Origin: Trichoplax adhaerens
Taxonomy: Eukaryota > Animalia > Placozoa
NCBI RefSeq assembly: GCF_000150275.1
Contig: NW_002060951.1
Location: 1,622,297 to 1,686,296 of the forward strand
Direction of reading: 5' to 3'
Length of the DNA stretch: 64,000 nt
Shown piece by piece: positions 40,908-56,277 of this stretch. The translations under genes and the position numbers were made by a program. Each line of letters begins with the position of its first letter. Position 1 is the first letter of the stretch. The notes under the pieces were generated by a model. It was not told the origin of the DNA and searched no databases. It saw only the letters and a program-made list of their open reading frames with translations.

Positions 40908-43900
40908 TTATGTTAGTAATGGGCTTGATTCATTAGGCTTCGTATTGTATAAATTTTTATCTGCTTTGATTCCATTTATAGCTTTTCCTGAGCCAAATTC
41001 AGAGCTAATGGAAAATATATGAATGAAAATTAGATTCAATATCGTAAAGCAGCTCGTTTAGGGCCTCGATTTGGCATTATATACCTTACAGTCCTTGAAA
41101 AATATAACTGATAATTTATGATAATAGTTTACTGACCTAGGAACTTCTGAATCTACCATTTTCTCAACTATCGTCAATAGTATTACTAAACCCATCTAAT
41201 ATAGAATATCAAAATTAATAGATATAATCGTATTATACACATGATTAATAATTTTTAACTGTAAATGATTTATGCTCTTTTCTGATGGCCACTTCAAACA
41301 TTTAAAATAAAGTAAATTACATACCTGACCAAACGCGATAAATCCTATGATCTAGATAAATTGTAAGAAAATCTTTTATTCAATATCAGATACGCACTTG
41401 TAAAATTTTAATGCTCGGCAAGAACTTTTCTTATTTTATCAATATCAGTTTTAATTACGCAATTTAGCCATTAATTTAGTGCTGTCATACTTAGTAGCTA
41501 ATGTTGTCCATTCTCTACTTTACTGCTGTATTTTTATTAACAATTGAACAATAACTAGTATTACTTACAGTAGAAATCCAGTCAAAGTCTACGTCTGATG
41601 CTGACGTAAACGTACCACCAACGATTGGACCAATTATTTGACTACATATTTGATGAAAATGAATTTAGTTACAGATTAAGAGGATAATATAGCTATTAAC
41701 TTCTATTATTAAAGGTTATAAATGATATACGTGCATGTTAATGTATCAACAAGTAAAAGCTTGATTGAATAGGCTATTGCGAACGAACCCGAGAGATATA
41801 AAAGCGCTATAGAGTCCAGACGTGACAGAATTCGTTGCAAAATCTTCTCTGCCTCTACAGTAACGACTTTAAGATTACAATAATATTAAAAATTGATAGA
41901 AACGATTAGTTTTAATCAAAGTTTTTTTAATAGAGAAAATTGAATTTGAAGAGCTTATTATAAGATGATCGTATTGCAGTGCTTATATGCTAACCTAGAC
42001 TTTGCAGCTTCCAGAACATCAGGATACGAGGGTATAAGAGCCACTGCTACCCCAGCTCCCATACCAATATTTGACAAAATTGTTTGTGTAAGGGTCCTAT
42101 TTTAGTAATTATTATTGCACGCGAAAGAATAAGATATGGGATAATGAGTCCTTTGTTGTACATATATGAAAATATTTGATTATTACCAATAGACGATAAA
42201 GATATTACTTACAGCTTTACAGGAATAAAAGGAGCTGGTCCCAAAAATAATAGCGAAACTCCCAAAATAGCATTTCCGAGCACAATAAATATTCGAAAAC
42301 CCTTTCAATTTAATAATGCGACGAGCTCAATCAATTACGGTAAGATGCCAGTAAAACCGATACTGCCTACTATACTATCGGTACAATTTATCATATCTTT
42401 TCGAAATCTTATAGCACCTAAAATTAATCTTAAGCTTTAAACTCACTATTCTATCTGATACATATCCAACAACCGGAGCACATAATCCATATGCGGCCGG
42501 TATTATAAGGAAGATCAGTCCCACTTGTGGATGTGACAATTTAAACTATTGACAGATTAAACTGATCATTACTCAAATAATTTATATAGTTATCTACTAT
42601 TCGATAAAAATAATACAGTCTAAACATATCAATCAGTTTGACTATGGATTCTCCTACCGGTTCAATATGGATGGACAAAGTTGGATCTAAATAACTAAAA
42701 CTGGTAATGTGGAGAGCAACTCCTATGCCTATCATGATTGACATAAATCATGAGTGAATCTTTGATTAGAAGACTGAATCCATTACTAGTAAAATTTAGA
42801 AAACTTGTCATGAATCTAAGTAAGATTTAATTGCATTCTATCTTTTTTATATTCAATTTACATATTATCAACACCCGTGGGAGTGTTATAAGGCGTTTCA
42901 TTAATCCTGTCGTTGAAATTTTACTTTCATCTGTAAAAGAAGCCAAAATTAATATCGTGGAAGCTAAATTAATTACGATACAACCACGAAGCTGAGAGAT
43001 TATGAAACAATTCTTTAAATAAATATATCAAGAGTTCTAACTGGTCACAATATATTATTAGCAAGTTAAGGAACATTTATTGATACTTACGCGAAACTGA
43101 AGGTAAGAAATAAGCGATACAAATACCGGCAACTATCATCAAAGATGCTAAAACGATAAATGGTAGTCTAAAGCCACCAGCCTTTATTCGAAACATTTAA
43201 TAAGTTGCAGATTAGGACATGGGCTAATTTTCTAAATTTTGAGATTATTTAAATAGAATTTGAAGAATAACAATGATAAAACTGATATAGTTACCTTATA
43301 AAGTAGGCCTCCAACTGGAGGGCCAGCCATAAATCCTAGGCTTGTTGCAATTTCTAAAAATCCCTGTAGAGAAAATGAAATACAACGTAATTATTGTTAT
43401 TTATGTTATTTGATATTACTAATATATGGTACTACATAATTGTTTAAGCAAAAACCTAATAATAAATTTATAATTATATTAGAGTGAATATAAATACATC
43501 ATGGTAGCATAAAACTAAAAATTTTTTCAACTACGTTATTTTGAGGTGCGGTGATGAAACTAAAGATTAGCTATATGTTCGCACCATTAATCCAAAAATA
43601 TAGCCTTCTTATTAAATAGATCCAAAGAAATGATTCATCATAACATATAAACGTGCAATTTATTTAAAATACGGAACTTACTAGTGTAGTCGCAACGGAA
43701 TCCTTGAAAACTGCCGATGCAAATGAAAATCCAGCAGTTTGATAGGCTGCTGCACCCATTCCTTCGATCCCTCTGACAACTATACAAAATGCTACGAATG
43801 TATCATGATCCAAAATTTCGGGTAAAAATCTATAATTTGAATATTAGCAAGAGTCAGTAAATGTTCACGATTGCAATGTTGCACCAGTATTGAACCGTAA

Positions 43901-45776
43901 TAAAAATACTTTTGGTTTTAAAGGTATGCATAATAGCAATCATAAATAGTATTTGTTTCAAAAATTGATCTAATTTAGTAAATAATAATGTAGAACTCTT
44001 AAGTTATCTTGATAATTTCAAGAAATTTTTAATACTTACCCGAATGCCATTGTACATCCACCATCGATCATCATGCCAGCCCAGAGAGCATATTTTACTC
44101 CAATGTGGGGTAGCTATTATCCAAAAAGAGAATAAAATTTACACCAGAAATTATATAAGGTATAGATTCCAATAATAATTATAAGACACCAAATTCTATG
44201 ATTATTATTGATTAAATTTTAAATAAATACTATACTGCAATGACTAATTGAAAAAATATCAAAAATGAATCAACTTTAGATTAGAGTATAATCTTATTTA
44301 CTATTGCTGCTATTTATACTATAGATAAGACTTGTTAGCATAGACCAGAAGATATGCTGTGTTATTAGAGTGAAAAATTAGCTTCTACATGAACTATTTT
44401 GAAAATAATGTATCGAACTTCAATAATAAAGTCGTTTCTACTGTTTAATTGATTGTTTAAGGAGTAATTTGATAAAACTATCGATAGCTTAAGCTTATTG
44501 CTATGCTGGCAATGCTATAAAGTTTAGTATTTCTTCATAATTAGCAGTGACTAAATATGATCGACTTCAGTAAAGCTAAGTCCATTTCTTAGTACTCAAT
44601 GCTTACAAAAGCGCCAATGATTGGAGAAACGATTAGTTTAACCAAAGGATAGACAGCAAATATGATACCAATTTCAAAATTAGTAACATTCCTTTCCTCG
44701 GCCTAACGTAATAAAAAGAAGATTCGTAATATTAAATGCTGATGATGATGCATTTGCTTTACAAGAACTTATATATTGTCAATTTTTCTTTAAAGGCACA
44801 GAAAATACGAAGGTAATTACATGAACTTGGGGAACTATGTTATCACACATCTAGAGCAATTTTATAATTGACTTTGTGGACATATTTATCTATTTAAATG
44901 CCAAATTTTACAGCAGTTGGTCATTACGTGATAATCATAGAGACAGCTATACTGGATTACTATTCTTTACAGTACAGTATAACGTTGTGGTTAAAACCAT
45001 TTCATCCCTTAGAACTTTAAAGCAATCGAAGGTTTGAAAATTATTCGAAGTTATCCTAGCAATAACATATTCGTTCAGAACATGAAGAGTTGCATTCTTT
45101 CATTCACATTTCCTTTCGATTTTTCTCACTAAAAGAATTATAATCAAATTAGAAAGTAGGGCTAATTTATTATGGAATAAATGCTCCTACAGTGTGTCAA
45201 GATATTAGGAGCAGATGATGATGTTCTTCTTGGCAAGTGGGTTGACTTTCTAATGGACTTACAAAGCAATAGTGGTAATCTCTGCAGTGAAAGCTTCTCA
45301 AAAGTGCAGAATATGTCTAAGCTAAGTACGAACGAATTGTTCGTAGCCCAGAAGTAAATAAATGCTTAAACTAACCGAATTTAATCGAAGGGAAAATGAA
45401 GGCTGATTTTTAATTACTTTCATGCTTACAACGATTTTATCCGTGATAAATGATATAAGTGAGGTAGAAAGTTTGTATTCTCTGGTAAAAATAATGTTAA
45501 CGTGTATGCATACTTGTTTATCAGGGTACCGTATTTAATTAGAAATAAAATTGGCTTCAATATTATCTTTATTAAAGTTAGCCGATGTATCTGTTCGATC
45601 ACATTAAATAAAGAAAGTGATGTTATACGTAATCTACTTACAAGTGTTGGAAAAAATGGAGCAATAACTGCGTAAACCGATCCAGTTACAACATAGGTGC
45701 AGCTGAGAATAATAATAGAGATGATCTTAATTCGACGAGATATTGTAGATACTTGAGTTTGAGCAGTATCTTCCAT
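40908..45776 (-). CDS. SLC18B1: SLC18B1-like MFS vesicular transporter, copy 6 (16 exons, intact)
   Basis: MEDTAQTQVS...YAVIAPFFPTL, RGIEGMGAA, GFMAGPPVGGLL, GGFRLPF, YLDPTLSIHIEP, SDRIGFR, ending PNESSPLLT* (stop 40908-40910). Confidence 0.9.
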
Positions 45777-46875
45777 CCTTTTGGAGTAAAAACTTCACAG
45801 TGATGCGCCCTTATTTCAAAATAATTTACTGCACGCTCAGGTATAACTTCTAGTAGGCCATCGTTTCTTTATAATTAGATTCCTTGATAAATTGCCTAAA
45901 AGGTTCTATCCATGTAATTTAAGCATAATCACCATTAAGTTCGGTCTGTATTTTGGATTATGAACGGTGAATAAATATCGTTTCCAAGAATAGTACTACA
46001 ACAACTAATTAATTTAAGAGGCCGATTTTAATATGATATTCGATTGAAATTCTTGGAAAGCACAAAATATCTGAGATGCCAAATTTAACCAAATTGTATA
46101 CTGTAGTACTTCAACTAAATATTCAAAAGTGATATAAAGTACGTAAAAACTAAATCAATAACGAGAATGCTTGACGTCGACACTCGATGAACAGAAGTTA
46201 CATTGAATATCTTGATAACAGTCGTTAACTCAATAGCTTATCTAACAATAAAAAGCGGTATAATTAATGGTATGAAATATTGATCAAACGATATTTCCCT
46301 TACTAAAATTGTTGCAAAATGAAAGATATGACTAATAATGTTTATGTCAGCTGAGGTACGATATAAATTTTGACTACAATTGATTCAAAATCGAGTGAAT
46401 TAATACTAGCACTATAGGTGAAAAAGGACGGCAAATGCAATATTATCTGCGATAAGAATGTGACAGTTATTTATTCTACTTATTTACTATGTAAATCACC
46501 CTATCGACGTCATCTTACTCGTATTACTGTATAGATATACATGTTGTAAGAAGACACTATAGAATTTGGTATTTGATTATGTTGTACCTTAGTCTGTCTG
46601 TGCAGTACTACTAGCGATGATAAAATAATTTTGTTGCTATAATTAAACGAGATCATAAGGAGCGATAGAGTAGACTTTACCGTACCGGAATTTATTGCAA
46701 AAATATACGCGTCCTCGTATTGTACTATCCAACAATCCAACTGGATTGATATCTATAATGACCCAGTATTAATTATAATGGAAATTATACTTTCAGACAC
46801 TATTATTTCCATGTAAATTGGGGTAGAATTTATTCTTTCAAAATAATAATATATGAAGGAGCTAATGGGCGGTGA

Positions 46876-47203
46876 ATGATGACGAAGGAATCTCTTGCTC
46901 ATCATGTGATGTTTACTCGACAAGAAAAAAATTGGAGGCCACGCTATCAAAGTGATGTGTTTTGTAACCAGTATTTCACCTTACTGTCCACTAGTGATTG
47001 GTAGAGTATTCCACCATATTCAGTCATATCGAGTTGCAATGGCCGTGTACTGTCAGACTGAAATGGACAATTGCAGTCTCATACTAGAAACAGTACAAGG
47101 GCGCTGTTTTATCCTATTACCACATACTGAACTAGTGCAATTCACGGAGATCATTATTGCACCGTAGAAACTAGCTAAAAGTGCGTTCTTCGTCTGTCCG
47201 TCT
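46876..47203 (+). mobile_element. Possible decayed DNA-transposon fragment (THAP-like short ORF plus a family A TIR)
   Basis: ORF 46876-47004 MMTKESLAHHVMFTRQEKNWRPRYQSDVFCNQYFT resembles the THAP pattern R..W.P.....C..HF. CGTCTGTCCGTCT at 47191-47203 is the exact reverse complement of 18977-18989. Confidence 0.3.
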
Positions 47204-49693
47204 TTCGTTCAGCCTTGTCAGACTGTGTACTGTGTAGTGTGCAATTGTGCATGCAGCTAAGTAGAGCATAGCCGAAGGATAACGAGCGAGGGGTCTACTC
47301 GCAAGTAGTGATTGTAATTATTATTAATTAATTAATATCCTACTCTTTAGTATAGTAGAAATCCTCCTGATTGCAAGGAAGTTGCATATTTTCAGGGATA
47401 ACTTTCATATTGTATCTGCAGTTTATCACTATAACCCGTCTCCTGTCGTGATTAGCACATAAGGTAAAGTGCCATGAGACGTAATTGCCAGAAAATAGCT
47501 ATAGGAGTGCAGTGAATATTGTAGTAGATAAAATAGAGGTAAGACCCCTCTTACTTCTTACCTCTAGAGTAGAAAAACTCTCGGTTGCAAGCAAGTTCAT
47601 CCACGACTACACTCTACAAGTTATGTATTCTATCTCTCCTATTTTACCATACTGTCTAGTAATAATAAATCATAATATCGAGCAAACTGTAGAAACTACC
47701 TACAAGTTACGATCGTAAGCATACAGCAGAAAACTTGACGTTTGTAGGGAATATTACTTCATCTGCGGCCAACGTCGAAAAGTGACGTATTGTATCTTCA
47801 GTATTTTTCTATGCTCTACTGTCTAATAGTGATAGGTACGCAAGGTTGTGTGCAATAACAACGTAATATAGTACGTAAAGTAGATATAGAAAGTGGAGCT
47901 GTAGATTACAGTCGTAAGCATGCAGTTTAATGCAGCCGTGGATGCTCTGCCCACCGGAATCTTAATGTACTGCATAATTATGATTATACGGTATACATGC
48001 CGTAACCTACCGTTAAGAAGGTGCAAATTGATACAGATTGTAATATTATATTCCACGAAATAGTTTGTGTTGCTAATGTATGCCTATGCGGTGTCATCTT
48101 AAAGGGTATGCTATCACCACAAACTTAAAAAGTAAATTTTCAAAAAGGTAAAAAATGACTTTGGTCATTGTATTGGTGCACCGTGGCATTATGTACTTGT
48201 TACGATGCGTAAGCTCGTCCTAATTATAACTTTAAAAGGATACTTTTATATTATGTGCACCGGGAGTTTCTGACGAGACTATAAAAGGCTGGTGCCTGAA
48301 GATTCCTTTTTAGTTCGTTAGTCGGTTAGATAGTCAACTAGTTTTTCAATTGATATTTAATTGTAAAGACTATAATCTTGGGTGCCAAGATTCCTTCAGT
48401 AATAAATGATAGTAAATCTCTGACTATCTCGTCTACATCATCTGTGACGCTATAATTGTACCATAGTATTCGGTCGTTGGAACTGAATTATTTGGTGATA
48501 TAGCTAATCTCGCCTCCTTAAGTTAGTAAGTGGCGTTCTCCGCAAGGATTGGCGTGTGTAGACTACTTTGTCACTAGTGGTGTGTGACAGTACTGTAATT
48601 ATAAGCAAATTGGATTTCTTGAATCTGTGCAATGCTACTTGGAGACTACGTTTACTTAATTCTCAATGCTAAAAATTATCATGAATGTGTAGTAAGCTGC
48701 ATTTCTAGCTTCATCTAAGATTTAAAATGCTAAGCACGCAAGACATACGATTTCATGGCCTACTGCAATGTCAAAGACATTATATATAATGATATTCAAG
48801 TATGTATAGGGGTAAATCTCATAGAATAGATCAGTGGAATTCATGCATTCTTTATTAAGTTAGCTAAGTTTTATATTGGCAATTAGCTTGTACAAAATAA
48901 AATCACTACTATAGATATTCTAAGCAACTATGCATGATTGCCCTTGTCGTTATTAAAAATTTTCAAATACTGTAACAATACTGTCAATAAAACATTAAGA
49001 CTTCCTGCTTAGTTGCACTGTTTGATATCGAATATAGGCTATGTCGATGTTCCAATTATAAAATCCTGAACTGAATATATTACTGTACATTACGCTACTT
49101 GCGTCCTTACTTGTTGGTAAGTAGCATGTTACTCAATCATGGGAGCTTAAGGCATAATTCATGTAATTCAAAATAATAAAGTAGAAATATCAATACTTGA
49201 AATATTTGATGTATTTTCATTTATTACTTTTTGCTCAGTTAAATTAGCAGTGCAAAGAATCACCAAAAGCTAAAATATCAATAATACTTCGACAAGTGCA
49301 CATATATTCATTTGTATGTTATTCCTGTCTCTTTCAACACTACAGTAGTGGAAAGTAGAGCCCCTCGTAAGATCTTCAATATACTCAATACAGTATGTAT
49401 CTAAAAATGTATAAATAATAAAGAATAAAGCAATTTCTTCCAAGACTATCACTTCGTGCCAAATATACGAAAAATAATTTTACTTTTCTCTCAAATAGTC
49501 ATTTCATGAATGTTAGAATTAAATATCCAATTAATTCGAGAAAATATGCACCATGGCCATTATGGTCATTAACTCCAACATAATTCGGTAATTTTTTAAT
49601 TTTTAATTGAAATTAACTTAAAATTGAAAATTATAGTGTATATCGATACTGTTACATTGTATTAAATCAGATTAATCACCGTTATCTTCATCA

Positions 49694-52600
49694 TTATGTT
49701 AGCAATGGTTTACTTTCTTCATTATCCACGTTAGAGTCAATGCTTTTATTGTTGACATTCTCCTTGGCATGAGATGCTTGTCTATTAATGGACACATATC
49801 GATAAAAGGAGATCATACAGGTATACCTACTTATGTATTATGTTACGGAAAAGAACCTTGGATAAACTAACCCTGCTGCTTGATGCATGAAAGTATTCTC
49901 CACGACGGTTAAGATAATAACAAGAATTGCCTATCAATACAGCCCCTTGTTAAAATTTATGATATCATCATCCTGCCATTATAGTTCGTTACCGAGATTA
50001 CTTTACAACTCCAATAAAGATTAATATCAATAATGTCTAACTGCAAGTGTATAAATTGCTATATAACTAGCATTTCATTATGTTATTAATCAGCCTTCTT
50101 CAAAAGACAGATAATCAAGAACTTTGATCAGCTGAAAATTTATGCTGATATTATAATATCTTATCTCAAATCAGTCTAAATATTGAACGCACCTGGCCGA
50201 ATAGGGCGAAACCAAAGATCTGAACGTCATAAAAAAAATAATAATTCCCGGTTATTTTTACAGATTATATGCCATGATCTATAATTACGCTGCTTAAACA
50301 ATAAATTGGATCAAACTATAATAATTCTATGCTATTACAACGTATGTACTGGAATCCCTTACTCATTCACAATAATGAAACATACAGTAGATAGACTAGA
50401 TATGCGTATTGCACGTTGTCTACTTATGCCATATAAAGCGCTCAGGTACTAAGATTGCATATAGCTAATGTAAGTAATTTATCGACATTATTAATTAAAG
50501 ATTTAAGTTAGCATAACTACCGCTGTAGCCCAATCGAAACCGACATCAACGTTAGGTACGGCTGCAGCAACTGCAGGACCAATGATTTGCCTAATGATTA
50601 TAAAAAATACGGCATTGTTACTAAAAATCTGATTATATACTTAACCATATTATATTATTATTAATCATTATCAGTGTAGCGATTTTAATCACATTTTTCA
50701 CAAAAAATTGATAAAACAGGCACTTGTGATATCATACAGATCTTAGCTGTAGGTTTAATCATAGACAAAAGTGCCACATTTATCCACCATACGTTATCAT
50801 TGTTGCGTTTATGATAATGTAAAGACACATAAACTATAGAGCTAAAAGTATCTAGATTTTGATATTAGGTACATCTATTGTATCATGCCCTATACAACCA
50901 AAATAGTACCGGTAGTACAAATTACAAGCTAAAACTTATTTAGATATCAGAATTGGGTATATTTATCTTGCAATAACCATGTGCAAAATGAGACAGTAAT
51001 GGTAGCACAAATTGAAGGCCATGAAGTATTTAGATATCAGATTTAAAAATTCTCATATTGATCTTACTATGTCTGTATGCATATAGTGGTACATCGTGAC
51101 TATAGACTTCATATTAATCCAAAAATAGATCACAAACGACATTTTACTTACGATAAATAAAGATTAAAATTTTATCTTATAACTGTAATATGTTGTAAAT
51201 ACGAAAACCTGCCCTGCAATTAGGACATGTATAGAATTAAGAAGATAGTATTAATAATTCTTTGGGCAATAAAAGTGCACCAAATATACTGTAATTGTGC
51301 GGATAATTACAAATCTGATGTTAGGAAGTTTTACAACACTTACCCAACTGCGAGGGAGGCGCTAAAAAGTCCAGACGTAATGGAGTTAATAACAAATTCG
51401 TCATAATGTTGACCAAAACTGTTGAAAATTGTTTAAACTTTCGTTAAAATTAAAAATAATTTAATTTTTGTAGCTATTCCTGATAAAGGTCTCCTACTTA
51501 AATACGAGCAATTATAAACAAATATAATTTTTATACCGTTCTCTAGCTGATTTTAACACGTCAGTATAAGAAGGGACAAAGGCGATAGCCAATCCAATTC
51601 CTAATCCAACATTAGCTAATATAGTCTGCGTTACACTCCTGCATAAAAACATAACAGTAATTAATCATATCTGCCAACCGCCTTTATGCAGGTATATACT
51701 GATATCAGCTGTACGTATGATAGCAATTTGATAACATCTCGTACAATCGAATGGGCAAATATGTTGCTGGTCCAAGGAATTGTAAACCAATTGCAAGCAC
51801 TAGATAGCCAATTATCATCATCAGCCGGGAATTCTTAGCAAATATAAAAACATTTGCATCATTTCATAACGTTCATAAGTCATCAACCATGTAAGATCAG
51901 CTTAATACCACAGGGCAACGATAGCATTTTTGACTCAGTTATACACATCATACAATGATAACAGTTATACAGAATTAAAGGCAGTTTAGAACCTCATATT
52001 TGCACATTTCTTGGACGTTTACTATCAAGAATTATACTGTATGGCATCTTAAACTTACTTAAAGCTTGAGTTTGCAGAGAATAGAGCAAAGGTAGCAAAC
52101 TATGGCTTACGATTTTATCTGCAATGATTCCAGCAACGAAAGAGAACAATCCAAAGGCTCCAGGCAAGATTAGAAATACAAGTCCAATTTGAGGTATCGT
52201 CAGCCTGAGCTAAACAAATCATGATAATATCACTTGCTTCGATACATTTAAGCTATCAAATTACTGGTAGTGCAGAAAAAATTTGATTAAAATAGTTGAT
52301 TAACTAATCTTACCGGTTTTATGTGCAATGATAGTAGTGGGAATATAAAACCAGAACTGGCAATAAATAAAGCGACACCGAAACCTATTAATGAAGCAAA
52401 GAAATATGTTAAGTAGTAAGAATGCCTATAAAATAACAAAAACATTTAATAATCTAATAGATCCTTTTAATGAAATAAAAGAGAAATATTTGTATTTATC
52501 AGATATCTTCTATTGATTATTGCTTTGCTGTTTTATAAGCAGCCATACAGATTATAGTTACGCTTGGAGAACAAATTAAGCGCTTTAGGAGATGAACTGG

Positions 52601-55600
52601 CGAGGTCGTAGTGTTATCTAATTGAAAAAAAGGTGCATAACTTTTATTTATGATTACTAATAGGCTTTCTACAACTATGACATGTGATAAAGTATCTTAG
52701 AAATAATACAACTGGAACTTCGATTTCTTATAAGATTTCCTTATATTTTCAAATAAATTAGTTTATCTACCAAATTGTCAAGGACTACTAGTATCTATTC
52801 CAAGTCTAACAGTCTAACTATTTAAAATTTAGATATTACTATAGAATCCGCTATTTATTTGTGTTATAGGTTAAGTATTAAAATAGGCTATACATAAATT
52901 ATAGTGTATATAAGAGGTTAGAGGCTATTTTCAGTAGCATATTAATATCATAAAAGTGGCAATATTGGAGCCACAATTTTACTATCCTGAAATTCATTAA
53001 TATAAGTGGCGCTTCCAATTAAAGCATCGCTCTTCATTCCTTGTGAAATAATTGCTTAACAGTAACATACACTATAGTATAATACTAATTACTTGATTAA
53101 TTAGCATAGTCTGTCACGAAATATCTCAGAATCCTAAGGTAACATTGCGGTAGAATAGCTATAATACGCACTTGTAAATATAATCTGCAGTACAGGTACA
53201 GAGAGTTGCTCAATGATACAATTTAAAGCACAACTTGAACTATTTTCCAATAATTCTATAACCTTAATCTTAAAACAGCTTAAGGACTACATTACAAAAT
53301 CATGGTGTTGAAAATTTTATAACGCTTAAATATGAAAGTAAATGTACCCTATCGTTTGGTAAAGCTGACTGACACCTTTGCAGAGTTAGATAATGTAATC
53401 CAATTCTACTTACATTTCATCCGCGGCATTGTAAAAGCAATAACACAAGAAGCTATAAGCAAAAATATTGCTATAACAACAAATGGCAACTCATAACCAC
53501 CTGCCTATCAATTGCGATTAACAAATATGTTAGGTTATATTTACATAGAATATTCTATACGGAGCTTCTGTCTGTAAGATAGTAATATTTACTAGTCTTA
53601 CTAATAAGTTGAGATAGTCACCTTGTATAACAGTCCGCCAATAGGAGGTCCTGCTACAAAGCCTAGACTTGTAAAGGTTTCCAATATTCCCTTTTGTAGA
53701 TATAACCAAAATAGGTCAAAAAGTTAGTAAAATGTTAGGTAACAATATATTTTACAATTTATAAATTAATTGATATATTAGGCTGTTATATGAAGTCATT
53801 CCTTTTAGAATCAGCAGCCGAAATTATTGCTTATACGATATATGATCACTTAATAGTGTTACCATATTACAAGTCAATCAAGATACATTGACATTCTAAA
53901 CACATACATAATCATATTTTAATTTAAATTGAAAAATTTAAGTTATATTCATCACGATTCAGTACAAAGTAGGAAGGATATATGGTATCAACTGTAAATA
54001 TAGCATCCAATTAACAGTGTATAAATTTTATATGTGAGTATAAAATTATATTAAGAATGCATCTAGCAAACTTCTAATCCCAAAAATATTCTTATATTAT
54101 TCTAGAGCAACGATTTTACCTCGATACACTACAACTATATTTTCTCATTTAGGAGATCAATATGCTAAGCTGTAGCATTTTATGGCTAGCCAAGATTTCG
54201 ACTACTTTGCTTTGTACTGTAAATGTAAGGCAGATTGTAAGCTGCATTATAATACTTATGTCTACATCATAACTTACTATAGTTGTAGCTAGTGAATCTG
54301 AGAATACTGAAGCTACACAAGCATAAGCAGATGTTTGATATGATGCTGCACCCATTCCTTGAATCCATCTTGTAACGAAGCAAAAGACTATAAATGTTGT
54401 CGTGTCAAGAATATGAGGGAGAAATCTAATAAACATTGAGAATATTTATACAATATTTATTAGTTTGGATTTATAACTTATTAATACATTTGCTACGAAT
54501 TATTTCAATTTATCAATTTTTGGACACTTAAGCATTTGAATTTAAAAACAACCTCGCTATTAGGTTGTGATAGTCGTGAAATGAATAAGATGAATTACCC
54601 AAATATCATTGTGCCACAAGCTTCCAAAAATAGGCCAGCCCATAACAGATAGACTATGCTTACGTAGGGTAGCTGAAAGGAAAAGGTCGACGAAATTTAA
54701 CATTAAATGTGATATTAAAGGGATTTTCGCGTTATTAAATTTGCGCTGGTAACTTGATTATTATTTTTTAGTTGAGTTTTAGTATTTAATCTAGTATAAC
54801 AGTCAAGCTTATGAGTAAGTACAGTTTATTTTAGCCCAACAATTAGATAAATTACCTATGATTGTTATTTGTCGCCTACCTTAATTAATTTACGAGATAT
54901 TTAAAAATCATAATATAGCTATCTTAATTAAACAGTGTTATTACGATACGAAATAAAATAGAATTTATGTGCTTTTAAGGTAATTTTCATTGCTTTGGCT
55001 TGTTTAATTCATGTATCGCCAAAATTATATAACTTACTATTACTCCGATTACTAGCGATGTTAGGCCTTTAGCAAGTGGATAGATTGCAAATATTAAGCC
55101 AATATAGACAGTTCCCACTCCCCTTTGATGAGCCTATTTAACGAATAGCTAGTCAGCTTAGGTTGTAATGGTTATACGGTTTGCATAATAAATTAATCAT
55201 TTCATTTGAAACTGTTAAAACTTATTGTTACGCTACATGATAAACTATTGCTAAATGTAATACATATATCCTTAATCAATATTCACCTAAAATTAACAAA
55301 TTTTAAATGTTCTAAGCTATGCTTGTGTAGTTAACGTGATAATAAAATGTTACGATTGATAAACGCTAATATTCTCAATACAAAAATAGGCAGCAAGAAT
55401 TTCCAAAAGGTTTTACAGAGCAGATATAGTAACAAGTTAAATATTTTATACTGCTAAAATACTTCCTTCGCTTAATTTTAAATAAATTCATATATGAAAC
55501 CGTATTGCTAGTTCAATACTTTAGAGTTGTAAATAATTATAATGAATATTAAAGCACGAAAAAATTAAAAATTATTGTTGAAATAAGATTTGAAGATATG

Positions 55601-56277
55601 AGTGTAATATTTGCGTTTATGTCAAGCTTTATCATCATGTTTAAAATTAATTGGTAGTAAATAATAGCAGAGTCTGACGGCATTTCAGGATATGCTTCAA
55701 GTATATTCGCTACTATTTTTGATTTATAACTCATGCTAATCCATAGATCTAATTAAAAACGACCGCACAAATAGTACAAAATGCGGATGTAAATCAAAAG
55801 AAGATCTAATCCATCCCTATTTATAATTTAATCCTAGACTATTAACTGTTATTAACAGCTGTCCTAACTGTATAATTAGAAACCCACAGATCTGCCTCTA
55901 ACGATCGCGATATTTATCATATGTATATCATCCTATATAGCGGAAGAGACATTCATACTGTGTCGAAAGCCCGTCGTCATGTTCTAATAATTCATCTTAA
56001 TATTAATTAATACAACAATTTCTGTAAAATTTGGAAGTACAGGTTGCTTTTCCATCGATAATAAATACCGAAATTCATTTACAATTATTGCATACTTTTA
56101 ATTTAAGCAACTTACCACCTCTGGGAAAAATGGTGAAAGGAGTGAGTAAGCTGCGGATGTACCAAAATATATACTACTCAATACAATTAATATCGTTCGT
56201 CTACTACGTAATGTTAAGTTTACTCCCTCAGTTTGAACATTATCAGCCATCGTACTGTCATCTTTCTCCATTACCAT
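49694..56277 (-). CDS. SLC18B1: SLC18B1-like MFS vesicular transporter, copy 7 (16 exons, intact)
   Basis: MVMEKDDSTMADNVQ...YSLLSPFFPEV (alternative ATGs at 56271 and 56250), RWIQGMGAA, GFVAGPPIGGLL, GGYELPF, GFIFPLLSLHIKP, ending DNEESKPLLT* (stop 49694-49696). Confidence 0.88.

Noticed and set aside
7854-54725. Repeated TTAAAGG starts resembling Kolobok-type termini (about 7854, 8871, 18168, 44790, 48099, 51975, 54715)
   Set aside because: Several hits are expected by chance at this AT content, and no convincing partner TIRs were found except at 9375-9500.
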